Shown: positions 38,481 to 52,054 of the stretch, piece by piece
Layout: the number at the start of each line of letters is the position of its first letter
Numbering within the stretch: the first letter of the stretch is position 1
From: Octopus vulgaris
Lineage: Eukaryota
Reading direction: 5' to 3'
Assembly: GCA_951406725.2 (NCBI GenBank)
Contig: OX597823.1
Coordinates: forward strand, 65,906,001-65,970,000
DNA: 64,000 bases
Program-made: the position numbers and the translations under genes
Notes under the pieces: generated by a model
What the model saw: the letters and a program-made list of their open reading frames with translations, nothing else
The model's database searches: none
What the model was told of the DNA's origin: nothing

Positions 38481-41400
38481 TATTTGAAAGATTAAAGAAT
38501 CTCTCAATCTACTCTTTGTGATACCTCTTCGTATTAATATAATCGCATGTTATATGCAAATATGTGTTCCTGAAGACTTCTACTTTTGGCAGAGATCTCC
38601 GCTAAGATGTAAATATTTACTCGCTTAGCGTAATCTCCAAACATATTTGTAAATCAATATTAAGAATCCATTTCCATTTAAATCCCTCTACGAGTTCCCT
38701 TCACCTTCTCAAGTACATCATTCCCTGCAGCTTTTCTCTTATTTTAAGATCGATAGAAAGCTACAGAAATCTCTTCAGTACGTGTCTGTGTAACACTTTG
38801 GGCAGTAACGTAATTTCGTATATTTAACACGTATCCTAACATGACAATACCTAAGTCAGTAGATATCTTAAGGATATCCAACCATCACTTCGATTACAGT
38901 TCCAGCACTATTACTCACGTAATGTAAACGCTTCCACCACTACACATCTTAAGAAATGGGAGAAATATTCACTCACTTTCACAGCCTGCGAGAAATAGCA
39001 TACAAGCATTCCTGAAATCATACTCTAAAGTCTTGAAGTTATGGGACAACCCATTTGGTGATATACAGACACTCGCGCGCGCACACATACACACGTACAC
39101 TCTCACACCCTACACACGCACATTCGCATACACATACACACACGCACACAAATGCACACAGATGCGCGCGAACACACACTCACGCACGCACACACACACA
39201 CGCTCACACATTCTCTCTGTCACAGACACAATTTCACAGTTGGAAAGCCTTTGATCATGTTGTTCTATTATGCCCCGGCACAAATCGAAGCAATACAGTA
39301 ACATCGGTTTTATCAAATATTCATCAATGAAACTGATAGAAGGATGATGTTTTAAATCTTTTTTCATTTGTTCTGTCAAATTTTGTTGGGGCCCCATATT
39401 CTACGATCCGATAAAGAGTCATTATTTGATAACGACTCTTTATCATCACCCAAATCCCTAATTTTTACTTCAATTTCCATTTATAGACGTTTTGAAATAC
39501 TCTTTTTTTACCTCTTCACGTAGAGTTTTATTCATTCACTTGTGAGCACAATAGTAAGTAGGGAAACCAATGGTCCAGCATTCGGTTGACCTAAGCAGCC
39601 AATCAAACGACAGCTTGAATTAAACTTATATTATCTTTCTCGATTACGCTAGAAATTCTCGTGTGTTCTTCTAATGGATGTACATATATATTCAATTAAC
39701 ATATTAGATGATATTGCTGTCAGATATATAATTACCTGTATCAACATACAGCCCTACATTTAGACGGATGTACAACTAACACGCATATTACCATGAACCG
39801 ACGAATGCTGGATGCTCAAAAAACTAGTGCGATATACCACTGCAAATCACCTCGCTCCAAAATAACTTAAATAGCAGCAAGGATGTCATATACATTGAAA
39901 ATGAAATCTCTCTCAGATCGAGTTAACACAGAGTAACTTCCGCAGTAAATAAACAATACTGTGTTATTCATCACTGGAATATTTCAACACCAATGAAAGT
40001 ACATGATGCCCTTTATAGGTAAGTGTAAATGCACTTTCTCCAAACTTGGTATTCAAGGCAATTAAAATTTTAAGACAAATGCACAAATCAAGCAGCTTTG
40101 GAAAACAAGTGAAAACAAATGAAATTTTGACCTACCAGCATGAGAAAAATAATGAATGAAAAATAATGCTTGCCAAACAAGAAATCTTGCTGCATTGAAA
40201 TAAACACTCGCAGTGAAGAATAATTGTTGAACATCCAAAATGCTTGAAAACATATGTTTATTCAGCGTAACCAATATGATATATAACCCTACAATCTATA
40301 AAGAGTACAAAAGACGAAATAACCTTCAACAACAGCGAAAAATAATATTACTTGCTGCTACTGAGCAACTCTATGAAAACATAATTTTGAACAAAGGCTA
40401 ATGCGGAACGGTTTAGCTTTACTCAATCGTACTGCAAGATCACAAACTTGATTCGTTTCTTAAAACGTGACATAAGACTGGATCCTGCATAATCCGGGCC
40501 CAAAACATGAACAAAGACGCACTATTTATCCTAATTTAAATGTGAGAAGTTATCTACGGATCTCAGAGAGGCAGCTATTTCTAATATGCTTTAGAATGGA
40601 AAATAACCAGATTATTACCAGAATTTTGCTCAACTGATTTATCTCAGTACTGGAGATTCAATTATGATAATCTCATTCACGCTTTTGATTGTTGAAAAAC
40701 AGCATTTGTATAGCTTTGCCTTCTCTTCAAAATGCCGTGAACAACACATGTCTTTGTACATGATTTTCATTCAGTACATTTGATTCTGTACATAGTAACT
40801 TTCTCAAGGGAGAAGCTTTCAAAACTAGATTATCAGCAAAAACTGAATCGCAAGTTTGAATTACATGTTTTTGAGCAGGAATTCTGCACAAAAACGTGCA
40901 ATTCAAAGCGTTATCCGATTCTTCGACAACAGAACAATTTAAAGTGAGATGAATAACGATGGACTATGCAGTTTGCCCCAAGTTTCTTTACTTGCACGAA
41001 CTCACTTTAGCAAATGCCTCTTAAATTCCAGTTCTTATACCACACGTATAAGTAGTCCCAAAATCGTAGGAGACTCGATGTCAAAATAAACCTTATAAAT
41101 GCATTGCTAATTGAACTTCAGAATGCAGATGATCACACAGTGTAACATCAACAAGACAATAGTGGAAATTACATACGTTTTAACTGTCATTGAAATGGCA
41201 AAGAAAACTTAAGTTCAACAAAAAGTTTGCATGAACAAGCCACCGGCAAGTATCAGCTTGGGATGAACATTCGCGTACCGAAATAAATGATGGAAATTTA
41301 TATGATAATGCTAACAACATGGCTGTTGCCACTAAGGTAAAATGTAAAGGTGAAAACTTTGGTCTGCAAAAGCGACCACATATATATCAAACGAGAGTGT

Positions 41401-41967
41401 GCGTAACTTTACTTTGGATGTATGTGAGTTCAATAATATAGATGAATATATACTCGTATGTATAGACACGTTTTGTAATCGCTGCCTGTGTATGCTCAAA
41501 GGACAGTAGCGCCTATATAATGAGTTTATGTCAGACTCCTATTATATATGAATACACATTAAATATTACGGAGCCTTTGGGTTCTCATACTCTGAAAGCG
41601 CTTTAAAATTAAGAAAACTAAACAAATATTCAGTGTGTCATTGCCTCAGACCAAAGCATGTGTACGGAAGACAAACAGAACATCAATTTCACATTTTTCT
41701 TTCACTTTATAATCTTCCCCTCTTTCTGGAAGTTTCTTTTTTTGCACTTGATTCATATATTGAATCAATGGAAACGAATTTCTGATTTAATATTGTGTAG
41801 ATCTCATTGAACAGCGTGACAGAGACAGTAATATTTTGAAAGTTATATATTGTTAATGTTCAGATAATTTTGAATTAACCAATTTCTGGATTACTTTAAT
41901 AACTTTTCCTTCATTAGCAAAACCTACTGTAGGTATATGTATATTATATATATATATATATGTGTGT

Positions 41968-42007
<40 letters not shown>

Positions 42008-42090
42008 ATGTCTGCGTGTGTATGTATCTGTATGTGTGCGTTTATGTATATGTGTATATATAAGATATATCTGGCATGTGTGTGAGTGTA

Positions 42091-42520
42091 TCTCTATATA
42101 TATATAACACTGAGAATGTGTGTCTGTCTGTGTGTTTCCTTAAAACTTGAGAACTACACCACCAATTTCATGCAAATTTTACACATGCCTTACTTAGGGT
42201 CCGCGGAGTGTCATCGGCAAAACAAAAATGTTCAACTTCTTGCCTAGGGCGAGCCCATAGCAATATCATATCTTCTCCACTATTTCAGTATTACGCGTTA
42301 AAAGTGAAACAGAAACATTTCTCTATTTTATGTCAGATACTTTCACTTTAACAATAAAAATCAGAGATAATAATAACAATTGCATTATATGTGGTAAGTA
42401 ATAATTAAAATCAAACTAAAGTATAATATAATCGTAACATAACAAAAGTAAAAATAGCAATTGGTATAAAATTGCATGAATGACTTGAACTTGAATAAGT
42501 GGTTTCACATGATGGGGAAT
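42091..42520 (+). mobile_element. Non-autonomous Helitron 5' region
   Basis: TC start: tctatatatatataacactgagaatgtgtgtctgtctg...gagaactacaccaccaatttcatgcaaattttacac (DINE-1-like 5' core with GTCT repeat). A matching 3' end may be 43554-43581. Confidence 0.6.
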
Positions 42521-43753
42521 AAATCAAAAATAAAATTAGCGTGCAGAAATGGAATAGTCCAGATGGAGGTGTGCACATACCGTTTACTACGGCTTTTACA
42601 TTAGATTATCTGCTAATCAGCTAGCATTAAGTATCTATATGAAGTTTAGCTGTATGTAATGTCTGTTTTCTCGAACAGCCGCTCCTACTGAGTACTGCTG
42701 TTGGTTTATTTCTTATACATAAAGGACTACGTTATTGTGTTGCATTTGTTAAATTATTGTAAACTGTAACCCTCCCCCTTTGGGAGAAGGAGCTTTGGTT
42801 ATTGTTTAAAAATTGAATTGTGTCCCTGTTTGGGGAAATTGTCAATATTTTCACCGTCTACACGGAAGCATTTTTGTTAGAATGCCTTCGATAGAAGAAA
42901 GTTCAAAAATGAATTTCGCTACAGCCGTCGGCGGGTGCGAACTCATTAGAATTAAAATGGAAGAAATACAAACCTATTTCGAATTGATCACCGACAAAGA
43001 CGGTGAATCTAGGATAACACCACCAAACGAAATAATAAATTAAATTAAAGAAAAGACTATTGTCTATAATGTATACAATGTAGAGAAAAAAATTTGAACA
43101 CCTGGAGGAAAGCACCATCGAAAAGTGTCTTGGTGCGACTATGAAAGATATCTAACCATAGGCGATAAATTCTCCACAATAGAAGCAAGGTTCGAGTCAA
43201 CGAAGCGTGCAAGGGAGTACTCGACTCGAACCTTTCAAAGTGGAAATATTTTATTTTTACCTTTATGTCTGGGACGTAGGTCGTCCCTGATAAAAATTTA
43301 AAATGTCCCCCCAGAAGTAGATGTAGACTGGATTGTAGCCACACTTCTATACAAGAGGGAGGACAAGATACAATTGATCGAAATTGTAAGAGACGGGCCT
43401 AAAATTCCAGTCTGTTATATATTTTGAGTATTGTTATCACAAGCGATATCAAGATATAACTTTGTATTTTGTATTTTATGTGTAGATGTATATATATAAA
43501 TAGATATACATGTAATATGTACACATATATACACATATATACTAGCACTATGGCCCGGCAACGACGGGTCATAATGCTAGTATATATATATATATGTATA
43601 TGTATGTATGTATGTATATATATGTATATCGATACGTACACCAATATATATATATATATATATATTGGTGTACGCATCGATTTATATATACATATATATA
43701 TATACACTCACACATATATACATATATATACATATATATATACACTCACTTAT

Positions 43754-44103
43754 CCTTGCTGATTCAGCATCCACAGAACGATTGCGATGTATTTACCCTT
43801 GTGAATGTAGTGAAGCTAAACCCAGCACTGATTTTCAAAAACTAGAAATATTATTTCTAAATCTCTCTAAAGGAGAGATATGGCAGCAGTACTGATTATT
43901 AATATTTATCGCTAAGCTAATGTGGTAGTCCAGAGAAATAGGATGAATGCTGCTGTTGATTAGCTCCGAGAGAATATCGCCTCTAGCTAGCTATGTCACA
44001 CACAAATCTGCGTCCATAAGACCTTCGAAGAGGGGAGGTCATCAACTTCCCCTTGCTGGTTCAGCATCCACAGACCACTTTCGGGGTATTTGCCCTTTAT
44101 CAA
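43754..44103 (-). repeat. 297-bp unit bounded by diverged ~47-bp direct repeats, each a decayed hammerhead
   Basis: ccttgctg(a/g)ttcagcatccacaga...gtattt(a/g)ccctt at 43754-43800 and 44051-44097. Confidence 0.7.
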
Positions 44104-44879
44104 TATACATTTGTGCACGTATCGATTTAAGTATGCCGATATCATCGTATGTACGTATGTGTACGGATACTTGTATACGTACGAGTGTATCTGAGAAAAA
44201 CATCCCGTCCTGTTGTATGTATAAGGAAAGTGAATGTAAATACGTTTCTGTGCTGACTGTAGATATTTAGACCCCACTTTCTTTTTTCTCATTTATTGAA
44301 ATCGTACAGGACACGTGCGTAAATTAAGCCCATGATGTATTTGTAAGAATTTTTGTATGTACATTTCTTTGCTGACAAGTCCGTCAGAGGGATGCATCTT
44401 CTTACTGCTTTCTCAGACAATATACACAGAGGCGTGCGCGCTCACAATCATACCTCTAATTGAGAGGAACGTAGATACACTGACTGAAATGTCTCAAAAT
44501 TGACTGTTTATTGATAAATATTATTGACATTTTGAACAATACTAGGATAATTTTGATATGTTTATTTAAATATAAGATTAGAAAATTACAAATGAATTCT
44601 CATTGGCCCTGTGTCCCAGAATGTTGCTGCTAATTCATATTAATGTCTCCAACTAGCGTATGTCGTCGGAAGTGAACGTCAATTTTGATTCCTACCGTTA
44701 ACATTTTCAGAATAATATTGGTGGATATAATTAGCAGCACCTAAATAAAATAAGTGGCTACAGCAATTAGCATTATTTCACCGCCTGTTAAATACTGTGG
44801 TAACTGTGACGTTCAGACGTAGCCAATTTCTATTCCACTATTCCAAGTTTGGTACAATGAAAGACGTGTACAAAATCCG

Positions 44880-44927
<48 letters not shown>

Positions 44928-44930
<3 letters not shown>

Positions 44931-45262
44931 GGTGCGTGACTCAGTGGTTAGAGCTTCGAGCTTACGATCGTGAGGTCGTGAGCTCGAACACCGGACCAGG
45001 CTGCGTGTTGTGTTCTTGAGCAAGACACTTTATTTCACGTTGCTCCAGTTCACTCAGCTGTAGAAATGAGTTGCGACGTCACAGGTGCCAAGCTGTATCG
45101 GCCCTTGTCTTTCCCTTGGACAACAACGGTGACGTGGAGAGGGAAGGCCGGTATGCATGGGCGACTGCTGGTCTTCCATAAAACAACCTTGCCCAGACTT
45201 GTGCCTCAGGGAGTTACTCTCTAGGTGCAAACCCATGGTCAGTGTCTGACCGAAGGGGGTCA

Positions 45263-45264
<2 letters not shown>
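44928..45264 (+). mobile_element. Full-length tRNA-derived SINE inserted in (TA)n
   Basis: A box gactcagtggttagagc, B box gagctcgaacacc, core gtgttgtgttcttgagcaagacactttatttcacgttgctccagttcactcagctg. Confidence 0.9.
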
Positions 45265-45309
<45 letters not shown>

Positions 45310-45311
<2 letters not shown>

Positions 45312-46781
45312 GATAAAGAAAAACGATAATGCTACTTTCTTAAAATAGGGTTCATTTTGATTTTCTGTATATAAATACATTAAAAGAAGAATGCTTTGCT
45401 GTTCTTTTACATATTTCGGATTTTGAAAAACTTTATCAAAAATATGTACTAAAATGGAAGAGCTATCAATAAAATTAAATGAAAATTAAAATTAAAATTA
45501 ACATTCATAGTTTATTTTCCTTTTTTTGAAGAGCACGTAGTAATTTCCCTTACTTTTCGTGGCATGACAAGTTATACTTTCTGTGACGGCAAATAACTAC
45601 TATCTGTTTTGGTCAAGATTTGTTTTCTATAGTGTCTGTAGAAGTCGAATAACTAGCTGTAGTAATAATAATAGTCATCGTGGTAAAACGTAACGTATTT
45701 CAAACACTTCTCAATGGAATAAAAGAAAACCTCCAATTTACGATAGAGTACAACCAGGAACAACTCACGTCTTTAGATATCCTTATTAAGAATGTCGGGA
45801 GCAAAATAGCGACACATATCTACTACAAACCCACGAACAGTACTTGCTATTTGATTCTTGCCAGGATGAATATCCCATTTTGTTTAGCCCAAAAAATATG
45901 CACAATAGTATTAGACACAAATACCCGTTATACACAACTCCAGGAATTGAAAACCACACTCATCAATAGGAATTACACACAACACTTAATCGACAATACG
46001 ATCCAACGAGTACTTAAAGACACAAGAACTTAGACAATCAAGACCAAAGAAGGAAGAAAAATTGAAAATCCTGGCTTACATTACCCCCCCCCCCCATATA
46101 ATAATGCAGCTTTCAAAACAATAATCAACAGAACAGCTCTACTGAAGAGAGATCCAAAGATGAATCAAATCCTCACAACTCACACAATCATCAAAAGTAA
46201 GAAACAACCAAAATCAATGAGAGATATTTTAACCCTGGCCAAATTGCACCCAACAGTAACTACACAGCCAACAGTAAAAAACGTGCGGGAGACCCAACTG
46301 TTGGATCTGTACCAACATAATAGAGGTATCAGAATACGGATTAGAGCAAGGTTATAATTTCACCATAAAAACTAACTTTACATGTGCATCGGAGAATTTG
46401 ATTTACTTAATTACGTGCTCGGGAAGTAAAAGGCAATATGTTGGACACACTGAAAGCAGCCTACGTCTGAGGATGGTGATGTACAACTTTCAAATTAAGA
46501 TTCCGGGATACAGGAAAATACCTCTCAGCTAGCACATCAATGAATGTGCATCCAACAAATTTCCCATTATACAAATTCAAAGCCAATGCTAGCCAAAATA
46601 AACGCATTAGCAAGGAAATGCATTTCATAAGAAAGTATCGACCGAGACTAAATTCTTTACACTCGCAACACTGAGATGTTTTTATATATATATATGTATG
46701 TGAATGCATATGTATGTGTATACGTTTCTATGTGTGTATATATGTGTATATATATATATATATGTGTGTGTGTATATATAT

Positions 46782-46830
<49 letters not shown>

Positions 46831-47102
46831 ATAGAAATATTAAAATTACTAAGTCTGTATAAAAGAGATTACGACAGCGTTTACTGGAAATTAATTGTTA
46901 TCGCCATATTAATATGGCATTCTTATAGATATAAGAATAATCGCTGCCGCTGGTCAGCTCCATGAGGCCACCGCCTTAAGATAGCTATTGATACACGATC
47001 GTGTATCAATAGCTATCTTAAGGCGGTGGCCTCATGGAGCTGACCAGCGACAGCGATTATTCTTATATCTATAAGAATGCCATATTAATATGGCGATAAC
47101 AA

Positions 47103-47173
<71 letters not shown>

Positions 47174-47645
47174 ACATACAAGTTAATCATAAGAAATAAA
47201 GACAAGGGGTCGAAGAACCCGGATTCTATTAAACCCCAGGGGTGACAACTTCACCACGACGTCTGTTACTGCTGCTAGTTATTCGACTGATATAGCCACG
47301 TCTATAGAAAACAAGTCTTGACCATACTATTCAATTTACCAAAACAGAAAATAGTAATTTGCCGCCACAGACAGTATAACTTGTCATGCCACAAAAATTA
47401 ACGGAAATTACTATGTGCAGAAAAAGGAAAGTAAATAATAAATGTTAATTTCAATTTTAATTTTATATTATTAATAACTCTTTTTTCTATACATATTCCA
47501 TTTTAGTACATATTTTTGACAAGGCTTTTCAAAAACTGAAACATGTAAAACAAAACTAAAACATTCTTCTTTTAATGTATTTATATAAAGAAAATTAAAA
47601 CGTACCCAATTTTAAGAAGGTAGTATTTTCGTTCTTTTTCATAAA
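45310..47645 (+). mobile_element. 5'-truncated Penelope-like element: RT C-terminus plus GIY-YIG endonuclease, with inverted pLTR copies
   Basis: 45686-46670 reads LQFTIEYNQEQLTSLDILI..HIYYKPTN..YL..NIP, then FTCASENLIYLITC..QYVGHT..LRLRM. Diverged ~370-bp inverted repeats lie at 45310-45685 and 47250-47645. Confidence 0.88.
46890..47107. repeat. 218-bp spacerless palindrome in (TA)n
   Basis: 109-bp arms centred at 46998/46999 (acacga|tcgtgt), with one mismatch. Confidence 0.98.
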
Positions 47646-47685
47646 TATCTACTTCCTTGTGTGTTACTTTTACACATTTCCTTAT

Positions 47686-47843
47686 ACAACCAAGCGAACG
47701 GCAAACTGAAAAATAAGAAATAAGGAAAAAAACAAGAAATCCCCATTCGTATTGCCCGTTTAAAAATATTATCGTCACGATTTCAAAGATACTAAAAAAT
47801 TGATAAGCAAGTTTTACTGCATAGCTACTTTCCACCCACCCTG
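47686..47843 (-). mobile_element. Tc1/mariner terminal fragment
   Basis: Ends in ttccacccaccctg. It is an inverted homologue of 47964-48130. Confidence 0.75.
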
Positions 47844-47859
47844 TGTATGTGTGCGTATC

Positions 47860-47901
<42 letters not shown>

Positions 47902-47915
47902 CATACACACACACT

Positions 47916-47963
<48 letters not shown>

Positions 47964-48520
47964 CAGGTTCGGTGGAATGTAACTACGCATTAGAAATTGC
48001 TTATCGCAGTTTTAGTATCTCTGAAATCGTGACGAAAATATTTTTAAACAGGGCAACACGTATGAGGATTTCTTGTTTTTTTATTTTTCTTATTACTTAT
48101 TTTCCATTTTGCCGTTCGCTTGACTGTTTAGGAGTGAGCCAAGAGAACAGCACCCAGTAAGGTGTGGAATTCCATTGTTTTGGCTCAGAGATGATGTTGT
48201 ACATGGAAAGGTAAGCATACAACACTACGTCTGGAGGCAGCAAAAAAGTTGTCACGCAAAGCCGATGACCATGTGCTCTGTTAACGATACAAGGAGATGT
48301 GGCCGTCGAACCGCATCTCGAAAAGCGGAGAACGTGGCAACAGTGCAAGAAATGTTTAATTGCTCCCGCAAAAATCCACACATCCAGCAGCTGCTAAAAG
48401 TTTACTGATAAGACATACAAAACGCGCGGTGTTGCATAAAGAATTGAATTGTCGTCCGTAGAAACCCCATTACGAGCAGGAGCTAGAGCTTGAAGATTTT
48501 CAGCGCAGATGGCCAGAACT
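47964..48520 (+). mobile_element. Tc1/mariner 5' half (TIR plus HTH region), decayed
   Basis: caggttcggtggaatgtaact terminus. GRRTASRKAENVATVQEMF and LHKELNCRP*KPHYEQELELED resemble Tc1-family HTH/linker regions. Confidence 0.7.
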
Positions 48521-48579
48521 CCAAGAAGTCCATATCTCAATCCATAAGATATTTACCTATTTATGAGTCTATGTGACAA

Positions 48580-49150
48580 AATTCCTGAGGTGAGGTTGTG
48601 TGTTCAAACAGATATTGTTGTATTTCGGAATGGTTAATTTTATTTTTTTGCATGTATATATATTTCATTTTGGGGTTTGGTTTACAAGATTCTTTATGTG
48701 AGGTCGTATGTTGATGCAAACAGATCTGACTGAAGGCATCTTCGGTTTCCCATGCTGTTTATGGCTTTCGGGAGTTTGGAATCATCTGCAAAGATTTTCA
48801 ATGTAGAATGTTTGATGACATATACTATGTTGTTGATGTAAATGATGAAGGAGACTGGGCACACCACAGTACATTGTGGGACACCACTACTGACTTTGGC
48901 TGAGATGGATCATATTCCCTCAAACACATGTTGGGTGCGGTTTATCAGGAAACACTTTGGTCCACTCTGTCAAATGCCTTGCTGAAATCAAGGTATACGA
49001 CGTCAGTGTTCGAGCACTCTCCCAACGATTTTAAGATGTCATCAAAATGTTGCAGAAGCTGCGACAGGCAGTCCTTGCCATCACGGAAACTATGCTGGTT
49101 GGGGCTCAGCAGATTGTTATCTTCGAGGAAGTGAGTTACACCACACTCTC
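48580..49150 (-). mobile_element. CR1/L2-group LINE RT fragment
   Basis: Minus strand: YLDFSKAFDRV, VSSGVPQCTV, FIIYINNI, IFADDSKL. Confidence 0.85.
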
Positions 49151-49399
49151 AAATAATTTATACATACAGATCTATGTATACACACATACACACACACATA
49201 TATATATTTATATATGTAGAAGGTTGAAAAGGAACACACGAGTTGATATATATGGAAAACAATAAGTTCAGGCACCGATTTCTTTGACTAAAAGGCGGTG
49301 TTCCAGTGAAATGACTGAAAAACGTAAAACAATAAAAGAATGAAAGAGTATATCCAAATTTGCCAAAACGCTGACTCAGTATATCCTTTTTCTAAGCTG

Positions 49400-51600
49400 A
49401 ATAAAATCACATCTCCTTCATTGTTGTTGATTGCATCTGTTTCATTTCCAATATATGATCCCTGGAATCTTGCGACATAAATATATAGTTCGTAAATGCA
49501 CTGTACGCACCAGTAACTCTTCCATAGGGCTTATGGCACTTATCCCTTATTATTTTGCATTTTCTTTTAGTAATCCAAATCTATTCACCCCAAGCTATAT
49601 AATGGAACCTCGTACAGAAGTTGCTGTTTTTTAAATAACTTGCCTTCTTAATTAGGATTTACCCAAAATGAAATTTTATGCAGAAAAAATATTTTGCAAC
49701 CTCCGCAGCTCCAAAATTTTGTCAATTGTATCTCACAAAGATTCAGTTTTTAATATACATTCTGCATGTATTTCTTTCTTCAAATATACAGCTCTAAAGG
49801 CATAAATATTTTCATCCATTTGTATACGTCACTGGTTGCTCCTTTTTGTATTCATATAGACATAGTTTGACTATTGTGAAACATATTTTTACTTCTATGT
49901 AGATATATCTAAATTATCTAACTTTCATTTACCTTTTTTCACTTATCATAATGTTTAACTCAAATCTCGGGTCTAAATTATTCCATTGAATATCTACTAT
50001 ATTGTTACTTTTGGCATATGCGCTACATTGCTTTAATCGTGGAAGCCTGACTAGCATACATAAAGCAGTATTGATTTCATACACAGTTGCTGTAGTAATA
50101 ATCCATTTTTGCTCCAGTAGCTTGCTTGTAATATTATACTAAATGACTATTTTCTCTCCTAAATTCCCCAGTTTGATAACTATTAAATTTTCACATATAC
50201 GTTGTGTTACTTAATATGCAATTTTCTGAAAATGTACGGTGAATTGTTTTATTTCTTACATCTAATATATTATCCCTTCCATTAGTTCACCTATTTTAAT
50301 TCATGCATTCACATAGTTGATAATGATCCGCTCTTTCTATATAATCACTTCACGTTGCTTCATGTCACGCCATAGTAAATTTTATTTCTATATATTATAT
50401 TTAATCTCATTTACTAAAATATTTTATGTATATTTAATATTTTTATTTTGCTGCTTAATTACTGTTCTCCCTTCATTTTACTGTAGAGCAAGGAGTTTCT
50501 AAATTTTTTTTCTAAATTTCCTTTAGCGCATACATTTCCTAAGTTATACATAAATCTTCCGTCAAATTTAATTGAGCTGATTATCTTAACTAAACCTAAC
50601 TTTCTGTTTTAATTCGCAACTGAGAAAAGAAACTATTTTACACATCATATTCAGTATTTCCTGATTTTCTTTTCGTATATATAAGAATTTTAATGCTACC
50701 TTAGTATATGTAGCTGGAGTTTCTTTTATTTTCCTCTAAATATTACTAAATGCAACATGTACACCTCATAGACACAAGTACATTTACGATAACCTTAATT
50801 TGTTTCAGTACACTAACAGATATCACTTTTATATATTTTCGTTCCTCGATTCCAATAACATTTAAACCTTTCGTCTCTCATATTACAATTTTTAATTTAT
50901 TTCATCACAGTGCATAAGTTCCAATGGAATACATTTGTTTTGTGACTTAGACATGAAGCAAACCTAAAGTAGAGAGGTCATATTAATGAGAAATTCGCAA
51001 GGTGATTTCGACAAACCAAAACTGATTAATTCACCAAATGTTTAATCGAACCATTGAGTACCAATTGTAAAAAAATTATTCTAAACAAGAGTAATAGAAC
51101 CAGCACGTGTGTTTATTTTCATTGTCATAAAGACCATCTCGATATGCACCCAAATACGTTTCAACATACGAGTTCACATCAAGTATTTGTCAAACGAAAT
51201 ACACGATTGAAGTATTATTTTACACGTAGAGTTTTATACAAAACTGTAAGTTTAAACCGAATAAATTCTTCTATAAATAATACTTAACCATAGTAAAATA
51301 TATTTCCAAATATATCCCCGAACAATACGGCTTTCATCTATATTTATCAAAGTCACCAATTCCATTGTGGTAAGTAATTGTAGGCGTTATTTTATTTTCT
51401 AAACCATCTTTCGCCGTATACGGATGCAACATACTTCAGTGTTGCTTTATAACCGCCAGCTAATTTTCAGATTAACTTTTACTTCCTACTCTTTCCAGAT
51501 CTCTTCATAATGTTCGTTATGAATTATCAATTTCTAAAATCCACTACATTTGTTCCGAATAGCCTAATATGGCTTACTTTAATCATTGCTTCAACATTTG
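49400..51600 (-). mobile_element. Possible highly decayed L1/Tx1-type LINE
   Basis: A-rich minus strand. KIVSFLSCELK near 50610-50645 weakly resembles RPISLLNCDYK. Boundaries are uncertain. Confidence 0.25.
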
Positions 51601-51991
51601 GTACGTGAAAGTGGAAACTAGAGAGACATCTGTATAGATCAAAAATACTTCTTCCCCACGAAACTGAGAGACATTTTACATAGGTCATGTATCATTTATA
51701 AATGTCGATAAGAACAAAAGCAGTACCTTGATAAGGTTACCATCGCTATTATCCAAATTACTAGAAGCTAGTAGATTACCGTACAGCACGCAAATAACAA
51801 GGAAATTAACAAAACGACTAGGGATTGTTAAGGAACAAGGAAAGGAATCTAAGTGACCGAATATTGTAGATCGGAATGATAAGGCATCTAGAAATTATCC
51901 ATTCTATCAAATATATTTATTTCTTTATTGTTATTCACACATTTACAATGCAGCAAAAAAGTATCACAACAAAACAATATAGAATTTATAC

Positions 51992-52053
<62 letters not shown>

Positions 52054-52054
52054 T

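Noticed and set aside
39410-39444. 16-bp hairpin gataaagagtc..gactctttatc
   Set aside because: Isolated, with no associated motif or element boundary.
43282-43396. CTGATAA...CGAAATTGTA with long internal stems
   Set aside because: Two core deviations and helix I out of register. A very old HHR is possible but not supportable.
44928-45000. tRNA-like sequence
   Set aside because: It continues into a SINE body and lacks a proper acceptor stem, so it is a SINE head rather than a tRNA gene.
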